Source of the DNA: a virus
Lineage: Duplodnaviria > Caudoviricetes
Direction: 5' to 3' (one strand)
Virus record (IMG/VR): IMGVR_UViG_3300030095_003968
Coordinates: 1-27,302 of that record
Length of the DNA stretch: 27,302 bases
The position numbers and the translations under genes are program-made. Positions 1 through 9,638 of this stretch are shown piece after piece. The notes beneath the pieces were generated by a model. It saw only the letters and a list, made by a program, of their open reading frames with translations. It was not told where the DNA came from and ran no database searches. Position 1 is the stretch's first letter; each line of letters begins with the position of its first letter.

Positions 1-125
1 GCACCGTCACTTATAGGTATTACACTGCCTGCATTATAGTTATGCTTTAGTACGAGGTTATCTGTTACTATACCAGGTGTTGTAAGCTTCTGAATAGATA
101 GGCTATTTTTTAATCCTAAAGGCAT
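1..125 (-). CDS. Partial CDS running off the window edge; probable tail fibre / LamG-like receptor-binding protein N-terminus
   Basis: Not in the ORF track. ATG at 123-125, 3 nt after the stop of the 129..410 gene, open to position 1: MPLGLKNSLSIQKLTTPGIVTDNLVLKHNYNAGSVIPISDG. The MxLGLxNSL start and IVTDxLVL motif resemble, from memory, phage LamG/fibre proteins. Confidence 0.6.
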   Translation of the reverse strand, partial: MPLGLKNSLSIQKLTTPGIVTDNLVLKHNYNAGSVIPISDG

Positions 126-128
126 ATA

Positions 129-410
129 TTAACCTCTGTATGCTATAACTTTTCCACTAACAAGTGAAAAAACTGAGTATCTACCATAAATAGTAAGCCC
201 TGCTGGTATTGTAAAGTCAACAGCATCTGCCATTGTATTAGCAATATCAGTGCAATCACTAACATCTACTTCAGAATCTTCAATCGCTGTAATAGCAACA
301 AAAGGGCCTGTATGTTGTGCTGAATCGTCTATAAAAACTGAACCAGCCTGACCTAAAGCAGCATTATCAGCTTCTTGTTCTGTAAGGACTTGTAATCCTG
401 TCTCTGCCAT
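129..410 (-). CDS. Small beta-rich putative virion protein (93 aa)
   Basis: AGGAGA SD upstream. LGQAGS...GxFxAI...TIPAGLTIYG...LVSGKVIAY pattern that I recall from aquatic phage structural regions. Confidence 0.7.
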   Translation of the reverse strand: MAETGLQVLTEQEADNAALGQAGSVFIDDSAQHTGPFVAITAIEDSEVDVSDCTDIANTMADAVDFTIPAGLTIYGRYSVFSLVSGKVIAYRG

Positions 411-438
411 TATTTCTCCTAATTTGTATGTGCTAACG

Positions 439-450
439 TAATGGTTAACA
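439..450 (-). promoter_or_regulatory. Candidate late promoter/operator TGTTAACCATTA (copy 1)
   Basis: Intergenic 12-mer, identical at 23821-23832 and one mismatch from 21677-21688. Each copy lies just upstream of a minus-strand gene. This copy sits inside a 9-bp inverted repeat (429-437/452-460). Confidence 0.55.
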
Positions 451-471
451 TGTTAGCACAGAACTGTTTTG

Positions 472-573
472 TTAATCTTTTATCCAATTAACAGTAGTCG
501 GTGTAATTTCATCTACGGTCCACACTACATTATTAATTAAAATATCTTTTGTCCATGTAGTCGCTGTTGGCAT
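472..573 (-). CDS. 33-aa microprotein with three WxxD repeats
   Basis: Not in the ORF track. ATG overlaps the stop of 573..1055 (TAATG): MPTATTWTKDILINNVVWTVDEITPTTVNWIKD. Confidence 0.65.
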   Translation of the reverse strand: MPTATTWTKDILINNVVWTVDEITPTTVNWIKD

Positions 574-1055
574 TATGTACTTGCAATAAATATTTCTAAA
601 TCACAACTACCAGTATTAGCATCAGCTTGTACACTTTTTAAATCACCCAAAGCCACATCTGAATTAGCATCAGCGTTTTCAGTAGCATTCATAACGTCTA
701 CCATACCACCTGTATTATCAGCATTCCAAATAAAAGATTGGCCAGCGTCTAATTTAATGGCACATTCATCGTTGTTTTCATTTTTAAATGTTAATGTTAT
801 AAAATTAGTATCGTCAAGATTACTAAATCTCATGTATTTAACATTAGCAGGAATGTATTGTCCTGCGGCTACTACAGTATCGAATGTAACTATAGCTGCC
901 TCTGTTGTTGTTATTGTTTCAATTCTTCTAGTTACATTACCTATGCTAGAAAGAGAATAAGATTGAGAACCTCCGTAATCCCTTCCGTCCAAAGTCAAAG
1001 ACTCTTTTAAGGTAATTGTTAACGTAGAAGCTGCGAATGAACTTTTTCTACTCAT
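573..1055 (-). CDS. Putative virion structural protein (160 aa, beta-sandwich-like)
   Basis: AAGGAG SD; acidic and Thr/Ala/Asp-rich; KYMRFSNLDDTNFITL...KLDAGQSFI...CDLEIFIAS. Follows the ejection genes. Confidence 0.65.
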   Translation of the reverse strand: MSRKSSFAASTLTITLKESLTLDGRDYGGSQSYSLSSIGNVTRRIETITTTEAAIVTFDTVVAAGQYIPANVKYMRFSNLDDTNFITLTFKNENNDECAIKLDAGQSFIWNADNTGGMVDVMNATENADANSDVALGDLKSVQADANTGSCDLEIFIAST

Positions 1056-1058
1056 GTC

Positions 1059-4000
1059 TTACTCCTTTATTTTATTTAATATATTATCTATAGCTTCACC
1101 CTTATCCATACCTCTACGCATAAGAACTATAATTTGATTAGCATACTTTTCTGCTTTGGCTATTTCTAATTCACCTTTTTTACTTTCTTTATATCTTTTA
1201 GTTAACTCTTCTCTAATAACTTTTGTTTCTTCAAACCCTTTATCTTTTCTGCCTTCTTTATACACAACAAACTCTTTAGGGTCTATAAGTTCATAATCTC
1301 CATATTCACCTTTTTTAAATAACTCTGGGGCAATTCCAAAAAGTTGAGCTTTTTTAACAGAAGACTGTATAGTTTTAATCGTTTTTATTTTAGCAGCATC
1401 TGGCAATTTACTCCAAGAGCTTGTTAATTGTCCAGATTTAGATTTTACAAAGTAATTATTTTCATCAACTTTAACAACACCATCTTCCATCACATATTCA
1501 CTAGCAAGCTTATCCTCTAAAGTTTTAAAAAATTCTCTCCCTGCCGCAACTTCTAGCAAAAAAGCTTGTTTAGGAGTTAACTGTAAGAACTGTTTATAAT
1601 TTTTTATTTCAAAACTCATGTCACCAAGCTCTGGTGCTAACCTAATTATTTCATTAGCAACCGCATTATATGAATTGTTTTGTTCTCCCTTAATATTTCT
1701 TAATGCTAAAGTAGCACCTACAGGGTCAGGAATCCTTACAGGTTCACCAAATAAATTAACTTTAGGTACAGCAGTAGTGTTATCAATATATCTAAATTCT
1801 GTTAATAATGAATTGTACCAGTTGTCAAGTTCATCAACTCTCCATTTTTCTCTGTAAGGGTTTTCATACCTAATATCATCTTTAATTTTACCACCTTGCA
1901 TAATAAAATTAGGAATAGCACTACTTAAAAGTAATCTATTAAAATAGGTAACAGGGTCTTTACCCCTTTCTCCACCAGTAGTTAAACCTTCTACAAGGTC
2001 TAACAAATCATCCGTTCCTTGCATAAAAGGATTTTCTTTAAATTGTTTTATCCAAGCCTTTAAAACCGCCGCACTTCTGTCTTGGAAATTTTCATCTTCA
2101 TTTTTTTTCCAGGTGGCAGAAATGTTCATTATTGATGCTAAAGGCTCAAAACCAACTGTGCTAAAACTTTCTATTTCACCATCCCTATTTTCCCACCATA
2201 TTGAGTTTGGCTGGTAACCAAGCTTTTCTTTAAGCTCTCTAACAGGTTTTTCTTCTTCTGCCCAGTCACCTTCGTAATTATATTGACCATCACCCATCAT
2301 TTGATTCATCCACCACATAACAGTTGTCCCTACAGCAACTCTGGCAGTTTGGTCAGAAAATGCCCCCCAATTTCCTTTAGAAAAACCTTCTTTAGCAGCT
2401 TTAAAATATTTTGGTGTTGCCAAACCTAATGGAGTCATATTATAACCAACCTTCATTAAATTAACACTTGTATTAAAGAATGGAAATATTAATTGAACCC
2501 CTTCTGTGCCTTTACCAGTTCTTATCCTGTTAAACATTTTACCCCAAGTACCTAACTGTTCTTGGAATGTTATATACTCTGCACTTGTTTTAGCCTGCCT
2601 TACCATATCAGCATTTGGGTTAGCAATAAGTTCTTGAACTCTACTTTTATATTCTTTGCCGCTTAATTTTTCAGATTTAGCTATCCTATGTGCAAACTCA
2701 TGTAAAAATCCATTTTCAGATGGTTTTCTTACCATAGCATCAAGTAATACTTGAAGTCTTTGAGGTGTTGTTATAATTTTTCCAGCTATTCCACCTATTC
2801 GTGGTTTGCTGTACCAACCTTCATTTCTTGCTATTGCTGATTCTGCTATTGCTGCTTCCTTACCAAACAAAATATCTTTTAATAAGTTAGGCATACCTTT
2901 TGCGCTAAAAAATCCTTCAGTAAAATGTAAAGCATCTGACGCTTTTCTGTTAGCAAGAGGGTCCCATTTACCACCCCTTATACCATGGTCAAAATATGTC
3001 AAAGCCTCATTTATAGCACCTGACAATAATTTGTTTGGCATTTGTATAGCTAAATTAAAAGTGTTACCAGCCATACTTCTTGTTAATGAACTTGCCGCTG
3101 ATAATAAATTATTTCTTCTAAATTCTACAATCTTTTGCATAATTGTAGCTGGTTCTGATTCACTAAATATAGAATAAACCGCAGACAATTCATCTTTGCC
3201 AAGCATTGTAAGATTATCTATATTTACTTTACCACCGTTAATTTCTATTTGCATAGCATTTAAAGTACGACCAGCGTTAGAACGTATAACATGGTTAGCA
3301 CCTGCTACTTTTTTTATAATGTTACCTAAAGCGGGACTAGGGTTCGCTGTATATTTATTTATCATTTCTACAAGTAAAAACTGCGCACCAATTACATCTG
3401 TAGGGTTAGTCCTTACCATGGTATTTATATCACCATTTTTTAAATAAGCTCCATTATTATGCCCATCTATTAAAATTCTATTAATAAGATTTTCAAAATT
3501 CTTAGGCTCAAGCGCTAAAGCCACTTGTTGCTCATGACCAATATTTTTTCTAACAAACTCAGTGTAACCTTTATCCCCTATTTCATCAAGTAATGTCCTT
3601 AATACACCCTGAGAGTCTCTTGGAAGTTTAGATAAATTAATATTACCCATATGATTTACAGTTAAACCTTTGTTTGGTTTTACTGGGTCGCCTTCAACTA
3701 TAGGCATTTGTTTTGTTGTAATTATTTTCTTATTAAAACCATCCTTCATTGCCTGAGCATCAATCTTATTAAAATCACCATTCTTCCATGTTACTTGTGC
3801 ATTATCAATAAAATCATCCCACCTTTTACTGTAGTTAGTTTTACTGTCAAATACGTATTTTACTTCTGTTTCAAGCATTTTATTTGTACTCTCATCGTAG
3901 TACCTAAAATTAACTTTCTTTCCATTTTGGTACATTTTCTGCATCATTTTTACGTTTATTGGGTCATTTATATTAGCCCAATCAATAGTAAGGTGACCTT

Positions 4001-7000
4001 TTTCTAATACTTCTTTCTCAAGAGCTAACCTATTTTTGGCACCTAAGCTTACTTCTTGAGTTATAGGGTCTACAGGAAAATCTCCTTTTGAACCAAAGCG
4101 CTCTCTCCAATTAGCCATATCTTTTGCAGAAGAAAAGAAATTTGTATTTGTAGCATCAAACTCACCAAATCTGTCCATATGCTCTACAACAGAAGATACA
4201 TTATTAGAATTATTTACTCTTTTTCCAGCTATATAAGCAATATGACCATCTGCTGTTGTTATCTCAGTGTAAGCAGAAGTTGGTGGTTTATGGTCAGTAA
4301 CCTTATATTTAAAATTATTTATTTGAGGAGAATAAGAGAACACTTCTCCAAAATTATTTAAAAACGATTTTTGACCAAAGAATAAACTTATAGTTTGCAG
4401 TTCAGTAGCTGTAATATCACCAGTTAAAAAATTACCATTTTCAGCATTATTTTCATACCAACCCTTGGTATTTGCTCTGTGAATAGTTCTACCCTCTTTG
4501 CCTGCACTTACAATAAAATCATCTAAAAACTTTCTATTTATTTTAGCTATTTCTTCAGGCTTTAAATCTTTAATTTTGTTTAAATGTTTCTTTAGACTAT
4601 ACCCGTGAAAATTAATATCTTTCTTACCAATTTTGTTTAGTATAAACTCAACACCTTTTATGTCTGTTATTTCATTAGCAATAACGCCCCATTTATTTCC
4701 ATTAGTTTGATAATTAAATCTATCAGACTCTTTTATAAATGTTTTAAAAACTTTACGACTAACCATTGGAGATGTTTTTTCAACCATAAAGCTATTATCT
4801 TTAGGTTTAATAATTTTGCTCTTAACGTAGCTTAAAAGTTTTGGCGCCCATACCATTCTTTGGTCAGCATATCTACCAAAAGTATTAAAAAATGCGTTTT
4901 GCATAGCAGTTTCTGAAAACAAAGCTGGGTGAGCCGCCTCAGAAAATATTGACAACCCATCAATAAAACCCTGAAACTCTCCTTTAGGACCAAATCCGTT
5001 ACCACTTTTACCGTGATGAGTAAAATCATGTATAGCTCTAAATAAATCATTGTAAGTTAGCTGTTCACCTTTAGAAGTTTTTAAGCCACTTTGTTTTAGC
5101 ATAGGGAAAAGTTCTGTTATAACTGGATGAAATTCACCTTTAGCATTTAAAGTAGGCTCTTTTCCCATTTTTCCAGAAACCATAAATTTTTCAGGTAAGT
5201 TTTGAGCTTCGATAAATTCATTAACTGTTATATTCATATTCTCAACAGGACCAAAACCAGTTGTTGTTTGCCTTATATATAAATGACCTTTAGCCATATC
5301 TTTGTGCATTTCTGCAGAATTTTTATAAGGTTCGCCTTTACCTTTCCATAGCTCTACCTCAAAACCATTTTTCTTTAAAATTTCGTAAGCTTTAGGTAGT
5401 TCTTTAGTAAAAGCATTGTAAGATTCTACCATAGGAGCATAATCTGATTTATGCTCTAATTTATCAAAACTTTCTGCTAACTTCTGCTGAAGTTTTGGAA
5501 ACCAAGGTTCGTTTCCATTTATAGTAATATAACTGTCTTCTACAAATATGCCATCTTTTAAATTGTTAAGCTTTATTTCTTCTGACACCTCAAATAATTT
5601 TTGATTAGGTTTAGCAGTGTATATATTTCCAGCATCGACAGGTTGTTCAAATTTACCCCTACCTTTTCCAGGCTTAGGTGCTAAATCTTTACCAGGAAAC
5701 TTACTAGTGTAAGTTTTAAATTGATTATAATAATCAACCATTTTGCCGCCAGTAAATAAATCTTTATCCATTTTTTCAAGTTTTTCAAACCAATTAAAAA
5801 CATCTACTGCGTTATCTTCTTTTAAATTTCTCCACCCATATTGAGAGCCAGTATACACATATTCATCTTTTGCTCCAGCAACATCACCATATTCTGGCAT
5901 AATTTTTTTAGCAGTTAGCAACCCATTCAATGCTCCGTGACCACTTTTATCTAATTTTTTACCTGTGTATCTTTCTACCATAGAATTATTAACAGGCGTT
6001 TCTTTTAATACGCCTGGAACTTTATCACCTTTAACAGAAAAATAATTTATTTCACCCCCTTCAATTTTAATACCTGATGGTAATTCTCCTATATGGATTT
6101 TACCATCTTTAGACACCCTTATATACGCCCAATCTTTTACATTAGTTCTGTAGTCACTTTCTATTATGAGGTCACCATCTTTTTGGGTTGAACTTCTCAT
6201 TTGTTTATTAACCTCAATCTCACCAATTCTACCTTTATTAGCAGATTCTAATTCTATATTTTTTTGCTCTATTTTCTTTGTAACATTTTTAATGTTTATT
6301 TCATTTTTAAAAGTAGCACTTAAACCAGCAACACCAGTTTGACCCGTACCTTTTTGTTTTATTTCTGTAAACTTATTTAAATCTGAATTTAATGTTTCTA
6401 TTTCACTTTTTAAATCTTTAACTTGATTTTTATAATAACTTTCAGCATATTTTGGAGAAGGTTCTATAATGTCAAAAGTTACGTTGTCTAATTTTTTCCC
6501 TGTAATTGTCTCTATTTGTGGGACAGCGCTGTCTTGAAAACCATAACCTTGATATTCCATTATCTTAGCGTTTTGAAAAATTTCTTTAGCCATACCTGGC
6601 TCTTTTAGTTTTGCAGGCACATTAACATCTTTTACGAAAGCTGTTTCAAACTCTGCAAAGTTTTTATAATGTTTAGCATTAATTTTGTAAATATAGTTGT
6701 TTACATTTTCACTTATCAAAGCAGGTTGCTTTAACCTGTAATTAGGTTTAACACTTCTTGCAACATAATCCCAAGCAGTTTCTGAAGTAGGCAATGTATA
6801 AGTTTTTCCATCTCTACCTTTAAATGTAGAATATTTAACTTTTGTGTTAGCACCGTGCTTACCAATAGCACCTGACATTAAAAGACCTAATCCATTTACA
6901 GTTTGCTGGTAAGTATAATCATAAGAACTTAATTCTCCTTCATCATATTGTGTCCTTACATCTGACAAACCTTTAATTGATTGATAGGTCCCATGCGTTG

Positions 7001-8390
7001 CAAGGCCTAAAAAAACACCCATTGTTGCAACACCTGCGGCAACTTCTCCATATAATGTTGGCTCTGCAACAGCACCTGCCCAAAGTGGTGCTGTATATTT
7101 AAAAGCAGCAGTTAATAAAGGTTTTGTTCCTGCTAACACGCCCATAAAAGCTACTCCATCAGCACTTGTAAAATGTCTAAAAGTATCATACATACCGTTT
7201 ATTACAGCAGAAGGATGTGCTAAATTTTCACCAAACATTTTAACTAAAACTTCATCATCCATCATATATTCTTTATATCTATTTGCTTTAACTTTATCAC
7301 CACCAGCAAGTTCTAATAGCTGTTGATTAACATAGTCTCCATCAGGGCTATTCCAGTCAAAATCTTTAAACCTTTTGTTGTGTCTTCTTAAATTATCAAG
7401 CTGACTACTTACATCTTTTTCTATATCTTCGTAATCAAAAAAATCAGGGAATTGTAATTGAAAACCTCTAACAATTTCATCTATTACAGGTTTATCACTT
7501 ATTATAGCAGCCATTTCTGTGTTTGTTTTGTTTTCAATATCTATTACAGCGTCAATGTAAGCACTATCATCTAGCGTTAGCACAGCTTTAGCATAGTTCA
7601 TAAAAATCTTTTTACCATCTTCGTCGCTTACATTAGCATTATTAATAATATGTTTATTTACATCAGTAATTAAGTTAGTGTACAGCTCTTTAGTGTCAGC
7701 ATCAAAAACATCAGCCCAAACAGTTCCTTCTAACCAGCTTACATCTCCAAAGAGTCTTTGGTTAGGAATATTCATTGCTTTATCACCTATAAAAAACTTT
7801 TCATTTTTATCAAACTCTTCTGATAAAGCTTTAATCATTCCCTTGTCATTATTAATACTATACCCACGTTTTGATAAAGAGTTTTTAGCATTTTCTTTAA
7901 ATTCTAAAGCATAGTTTGAACTTGTGCTAACAAAAGTATTATCATTTTTTACATTAAGAAAAGAGTAGTCATTTTTAAAACCTTCCTTGTGCATCAAGTC
8001 TTGAATTAATCTGCCACCTCTTTTCATTCTATTGCCAATAATGTTTTCAACAGCCATAGTTATATGGTCTTGAGTTTCCTCATCAATTACATCATCACTT
8101 TTTTTAGCATGAATATATTTAACTAAATTTTGAGTATCTTTTAAAGCTGCGGCTGTTGCAGTATCTTCTTTCATTTTTTGTTGAGCAATAATAGAAAAAG
8201 GGTTAGCTTCTTCTGGCTCAATAACAGGGTCGACATTAACATTTTGCGTTTCGGGTGCGGGTGCTTGAGAAGATGAGACGTTAACATCGACCCCTGTAAT
8301 TTCTTCCTGAGGATTAGGGTTAGGTAAATCCAATTTCATGTTTGGATTTTTTATAGGATAACCAGATTCATCTAAATAGCTATCAGCCAT
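1059..8390 (-). CDS. Large internal virion / DNA-ejection protein (T7 gp16-like role), polyvalent, 2443 aa
   Basis: Last of three genes after the tail nozzle. Hydrophobic helices at about aa 410-510. The helical C-terminal region (EFRRNNLLS, PQRLQVLLD, ITFQEQLG, IFPFFNTSVN, GYQPNS, GFEPL) resembles the LPD38-like end of podophage internal proteins. Central cargo domains. Confidence 0.75.
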   Translation of the reverse strand: MADSYLDESGYPIKNPNMKLDLPNPNPQEEITGVDVNVSSSQAPAPETQNVNVDPVIEPEEANPFSIIAQQKMKEDTATAAALKDTQNLVKYIHAKKSDDVIDEETQDHITMAVENIIGNRMKRGGRLIQDLMHKEGFKNDYSFLNVKNDNTFVSTSSNYALEFKENAKNSLSKRGYSINNDKGMIKALSEEFDKNEKFFIGDKAMNIPNQRLFGDVSWLEGTVWADVFDADTKELYTNLITDVNKHIINNANVSDEDGKKIFMNYAKAVLTLDDSAYIDAVIDIENKTNTEMAAIISDKPVIDEIVRGFQLQFPDFFDYEDIEKDVSSQLDNLRRHNKRFKDFDWNSPDGDYVNQQLLELAGGDKVKANRYKEYMMDDEVLVKMFGENLAHPSAVINGMYDTFRHFTSADGVAFMGVLAGTKPLLTAAFKYTAPLWAGAVAEPTLYGEVAAGVATMGVFLGLATHGTYQSIKGLSDVRTQYDEGELSSYDYTYQQTVNGLGLLMSGAIGKHGANTKVKYSTFKGRDGKTYTLPTSETAWDYVARSVKPNYRLKQPALISENVNNYIYKINAKHYKNFAEFETAFVKDVNVPAKLKEPGMAKEIFQNAKIMEYQGYGFQDSAVPQIETITGKKLDNVTFDIIEPSPKYAESYYKNQVKDLKSEIETLNSDLNKFTEIKQKGTGQTGVAGLSATFKNEINIKNVTKKIEQKNIELESANKGRIGEIEVNKQMRSSTQKDGDLIIESDYRTNVKDWAYIRVSKDGKIHIGELPSGIKIEGGEINYFSVKGDKVPGVLKETPVNNSMVERYTGKKLDKSGHGALNGLLTAKKIMPEYGDVAGAKDEYVYTGSQYGWRNLKEDNAVDVFNWFEKLEKMDKDLFTGGKMVDYYNQFKTYTSKFPGKDLAPKPGKGRGKFEQPVDAGNIYTAKPNQKLFEVSEEIKLNNLKDGIFVEDSYITINGNEPWFPKLQQKLAESFDKLEHKSDYAPMVESYNAFTKELPKAYEILKKNGFEVELWKGKGEPYKNSAEMHKDMAKGHLYIRQTTTGFGPVENMNITVNEFIEAQNLPEKFMVSGKMGKEPTLNAKGEFHPVITELFPMLKQSGLKTSKGEQLTYNDLFRAIHDFTHHGKSGNGFGPKGEFQGFIDGLSIFSEAAHPALFSETAMQNAFFNTFGRYADQRMVWAPKLLSYVKSKIIKPKDNSFMVEKTSPMVSRKVFKTFIKESDRFNYQTNGNKWGVIANEITDIKGVEFILNKIGKKDINFHGYSLKKHLNKIKDLKPEEIAKINRKFLDDFIVSAGKEGRTIHRANTKGWYENNAENGNFLTGDITATELQTISLFFGQKSFLNNFGEVFSYSPQINNFKYKVTDHKPPTSAYTEITTADGHIAYIAGKRVNNSNNVSSVVEHMDRFGEFDATNTNFFSSAKDMANWRERFGSKGDFPVDPITQEVSLGAKNRLALEKEVLEKGHLTIDWANINDPINVKMMQKMYQNGKKVNFRYYDESTNKMLETEVKYVFDSKTNYSKRWDDFIDNAQVTWKNGDFNKIDAQAMKDGFNKKIITTKQMPIVEGDPVKPNKGLTVNHMGNINLSKLPRDSQGVLRTLLDEIGDKGYTEFVRKNIGHEQQVALALEPKNFENLINRILIDGHNNGAYLKNGDINTMVRTNPTDVIGAQFLLVEMINKYTANPSPALGNIIKKVAGANHVIRSNAGRTLNAMQIEINGGKVNIDNLTMLGKDELSAVYSIFSESEPATIMQKIVEFRRNNLLSAASSLTRSMAGNTFNLAIQMPNKLLSGAINEALTYFDHGIRGGKWDPLANRKASDALHFTEGFFSAKGMPNLLKDILFGKEAAIAESAIARNEGWYSKPRIGGIAGKIITTPQRLQVLLDAMVRKPSENGFLHEFAHRIAKSEKLSGKEYKSRVQELIANPNADMVRQAKTSAEYITFQEQLGTWGKMFNRIRTGKGTEGVQLIFPFFNTSVNLMKVGYNMTPLGLATPKYFKAAKEGFSKGNWGAFSDQTARVAVGTTVMWWMNQMMGDGQYNYEGDWAEEEKPVRELKEKLGYQPNSIWWENRDGEIESFSTVGFEPLASIMNISATWKKNEDENFQDRSAAVLKAWIKQFKENPFMQGTDDLLDLVEGLTTGGERGKDPVTYFNRLLLSSAIPNFIMQGGKIKDDIRYENPYREKWRVDELDNWYNSLLTEFRYIDNTTAVPKVNLFGEPVRIPDPVGATLALRNIKGEQNNSYNAVANEIIRLAPELGDMSFEIKNYKQFLQLTPKQAFLLEVAAGREFFKTLEDKLASEYVMEDGVVKVDENNYFVKSKSGQLTSSWSKLPDAAKIKTIKTIQSSVKKAQLFGIAPELFKKGEYGDYELIDPKEFVVYKEGRKDKGFEETKVIREELTKRYKESKKGELEIAKAEKYANQIIVLMRRGMDKGEAIDNILNKIKE

Positions 8391-9637
8391 TACTTACTTT
8401 CTATAAAATCTATTCGTGCTGAAGAAGGGTCAACTGTCTTGTCAGATACTACTGGTGCTGTTAAAAATTCTTTTTTACCATATTTTAATTCATCAAGATT
8501 AACATCTAATTGTTCAACAAGGTAATCTATAGTAGTATTTAAATCCTCTAGTCCAGATATAAAGGATGCGTGATAATTTTGTGGCTCTTCAAGAATACTA
8601 TCAATAGCTTTGTTAAATTTATTTATATCCATTCCTGTAGCCTTTTGTATATCAGAACTAACGTGACTAGCTGCTGCATATTCTATAAATTCATTTCTAT
8701 CTTTTATTTGTTCAATAGTCCAATTAACAGCCTCAGTTTCTCCAGTAGCAAAAGCTACATACCTGTCTCCTGTCGGACCACCACCTGGAACTAATTTAAA
8801 TTCTAAAGGCACAGCGTTCCATTGCGTATCAAACCCTGTAACATCTTTCATAATTTTAGCATACTTACTCACCAAGTTTTGATATTCTTTTTCAGCTTGA
8901 GCGTCAAAAACAATAATGGGTGAATTTCCAAGCTCTTCTTTTAAAAAAGCTTTTAAATCTGATGTCCCTTCATTTTGAGCTTTAAATCTACTCCATAAAA
9001 TAGAAGCGTCATATTGGTTTAATTTCTTTTTAAGTCTATCTAATTCTGATTTTATAGCAGGGTTCTGCGTAATAAGTTTATCTTCATTTCTAAATTGTTC
9101 TCTTATTTGTTTTATATAAGTATTATAATCATTATAAATACCTTTATCCATTGCATTATTAAATAATCTTACATTATCTACAACCGTAGATTTTTCATTA
9201 TCTTCTAATTTATCAAATATTTCATTCTTATATAATTTAGCTTCTGACTTTTCATTTTTAATATTTTGTTTTAGAAAAAAGTCGTCAACATTTTCAACTG
9301 GCGCAATACTGGCGGCCTGCACATTACCACCATTATCACCAATTATTTTTCTATAACCCTTTTCAGATTCTGTCATAAAAGAAATAATGTCTATGTCTTG
9401 ATTTCCAATAAGCTCTGGGTTTTGGATAAGATTTAAAATTTCGTCTGATTTATTTATAGTTTCTGTTTGCCAGCCCTTTAAAGGTGAACCATCTTCTGCC
9501 TTAAAAGAAGATACTCTTTTTTTATATGCAGTAATCCTGCTTTTTAAATCCGTAGAAATTTCTTTAGCTGTAGGTTTTTCCGTTTCTTTTTGTTCAAGAG
9601 GTTTAGATGCTAAAAATGCTTTTACAAAATCTGACAT
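8390..9637 (-). CDS. Putative internal virion/ejection protein (415 aa)
   Basis: Charged, helical composition; middle gene of the 286/415/2443-aa triplet; TAATG-coupled to the large gene. Function inferred from gene order only. Confidence 0.5.
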   Translation of the reverse strand: MSDFVKAFLASKPLEQKETEKPTAKEISTDLKSRITAYKKRVSSFKAEDGSPLKGWQTETINKSDEILNLIQNPELIGNQDIDIISFMTESEKGYRKIIGDNGGNVQAASIAPVENVDDFFLKQNIKNEKSEAKLYKNEIFDKLEDNEKSTVVDNVRLFNNAMDKGIYNDYNTYIKQIREQFRNEDKLITQNPAIKSELDRLKKKLNQYDASILWSRFKAQNEGTSDLKAFLKEELGNSPIIVFDAQAEKEYQNLVSKYAKIMKDVTGFDTQWNAVPLEFKLVPGGGPTGDRYVAFATGETEAVNWTIEQIKDRNEFIEYAAASHVSSDIQKATGMDINKFNKAIDSILEEPQNYHASFISGLEDLNTTIDYLVEQLDVNLDELKYGKKEFLTAPVVSDKTVDPSSARIDFIESK

Positions 9638-9638
9638 T

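Noticed and set aside
1059-8390. Virion RNA polymerase (N4- or crAss-like) within the 2443-aa protein
   Set aside because: I found no DxDGD/DFDID double-psi-barrel motif or convincing T7-type polymerase motifs.
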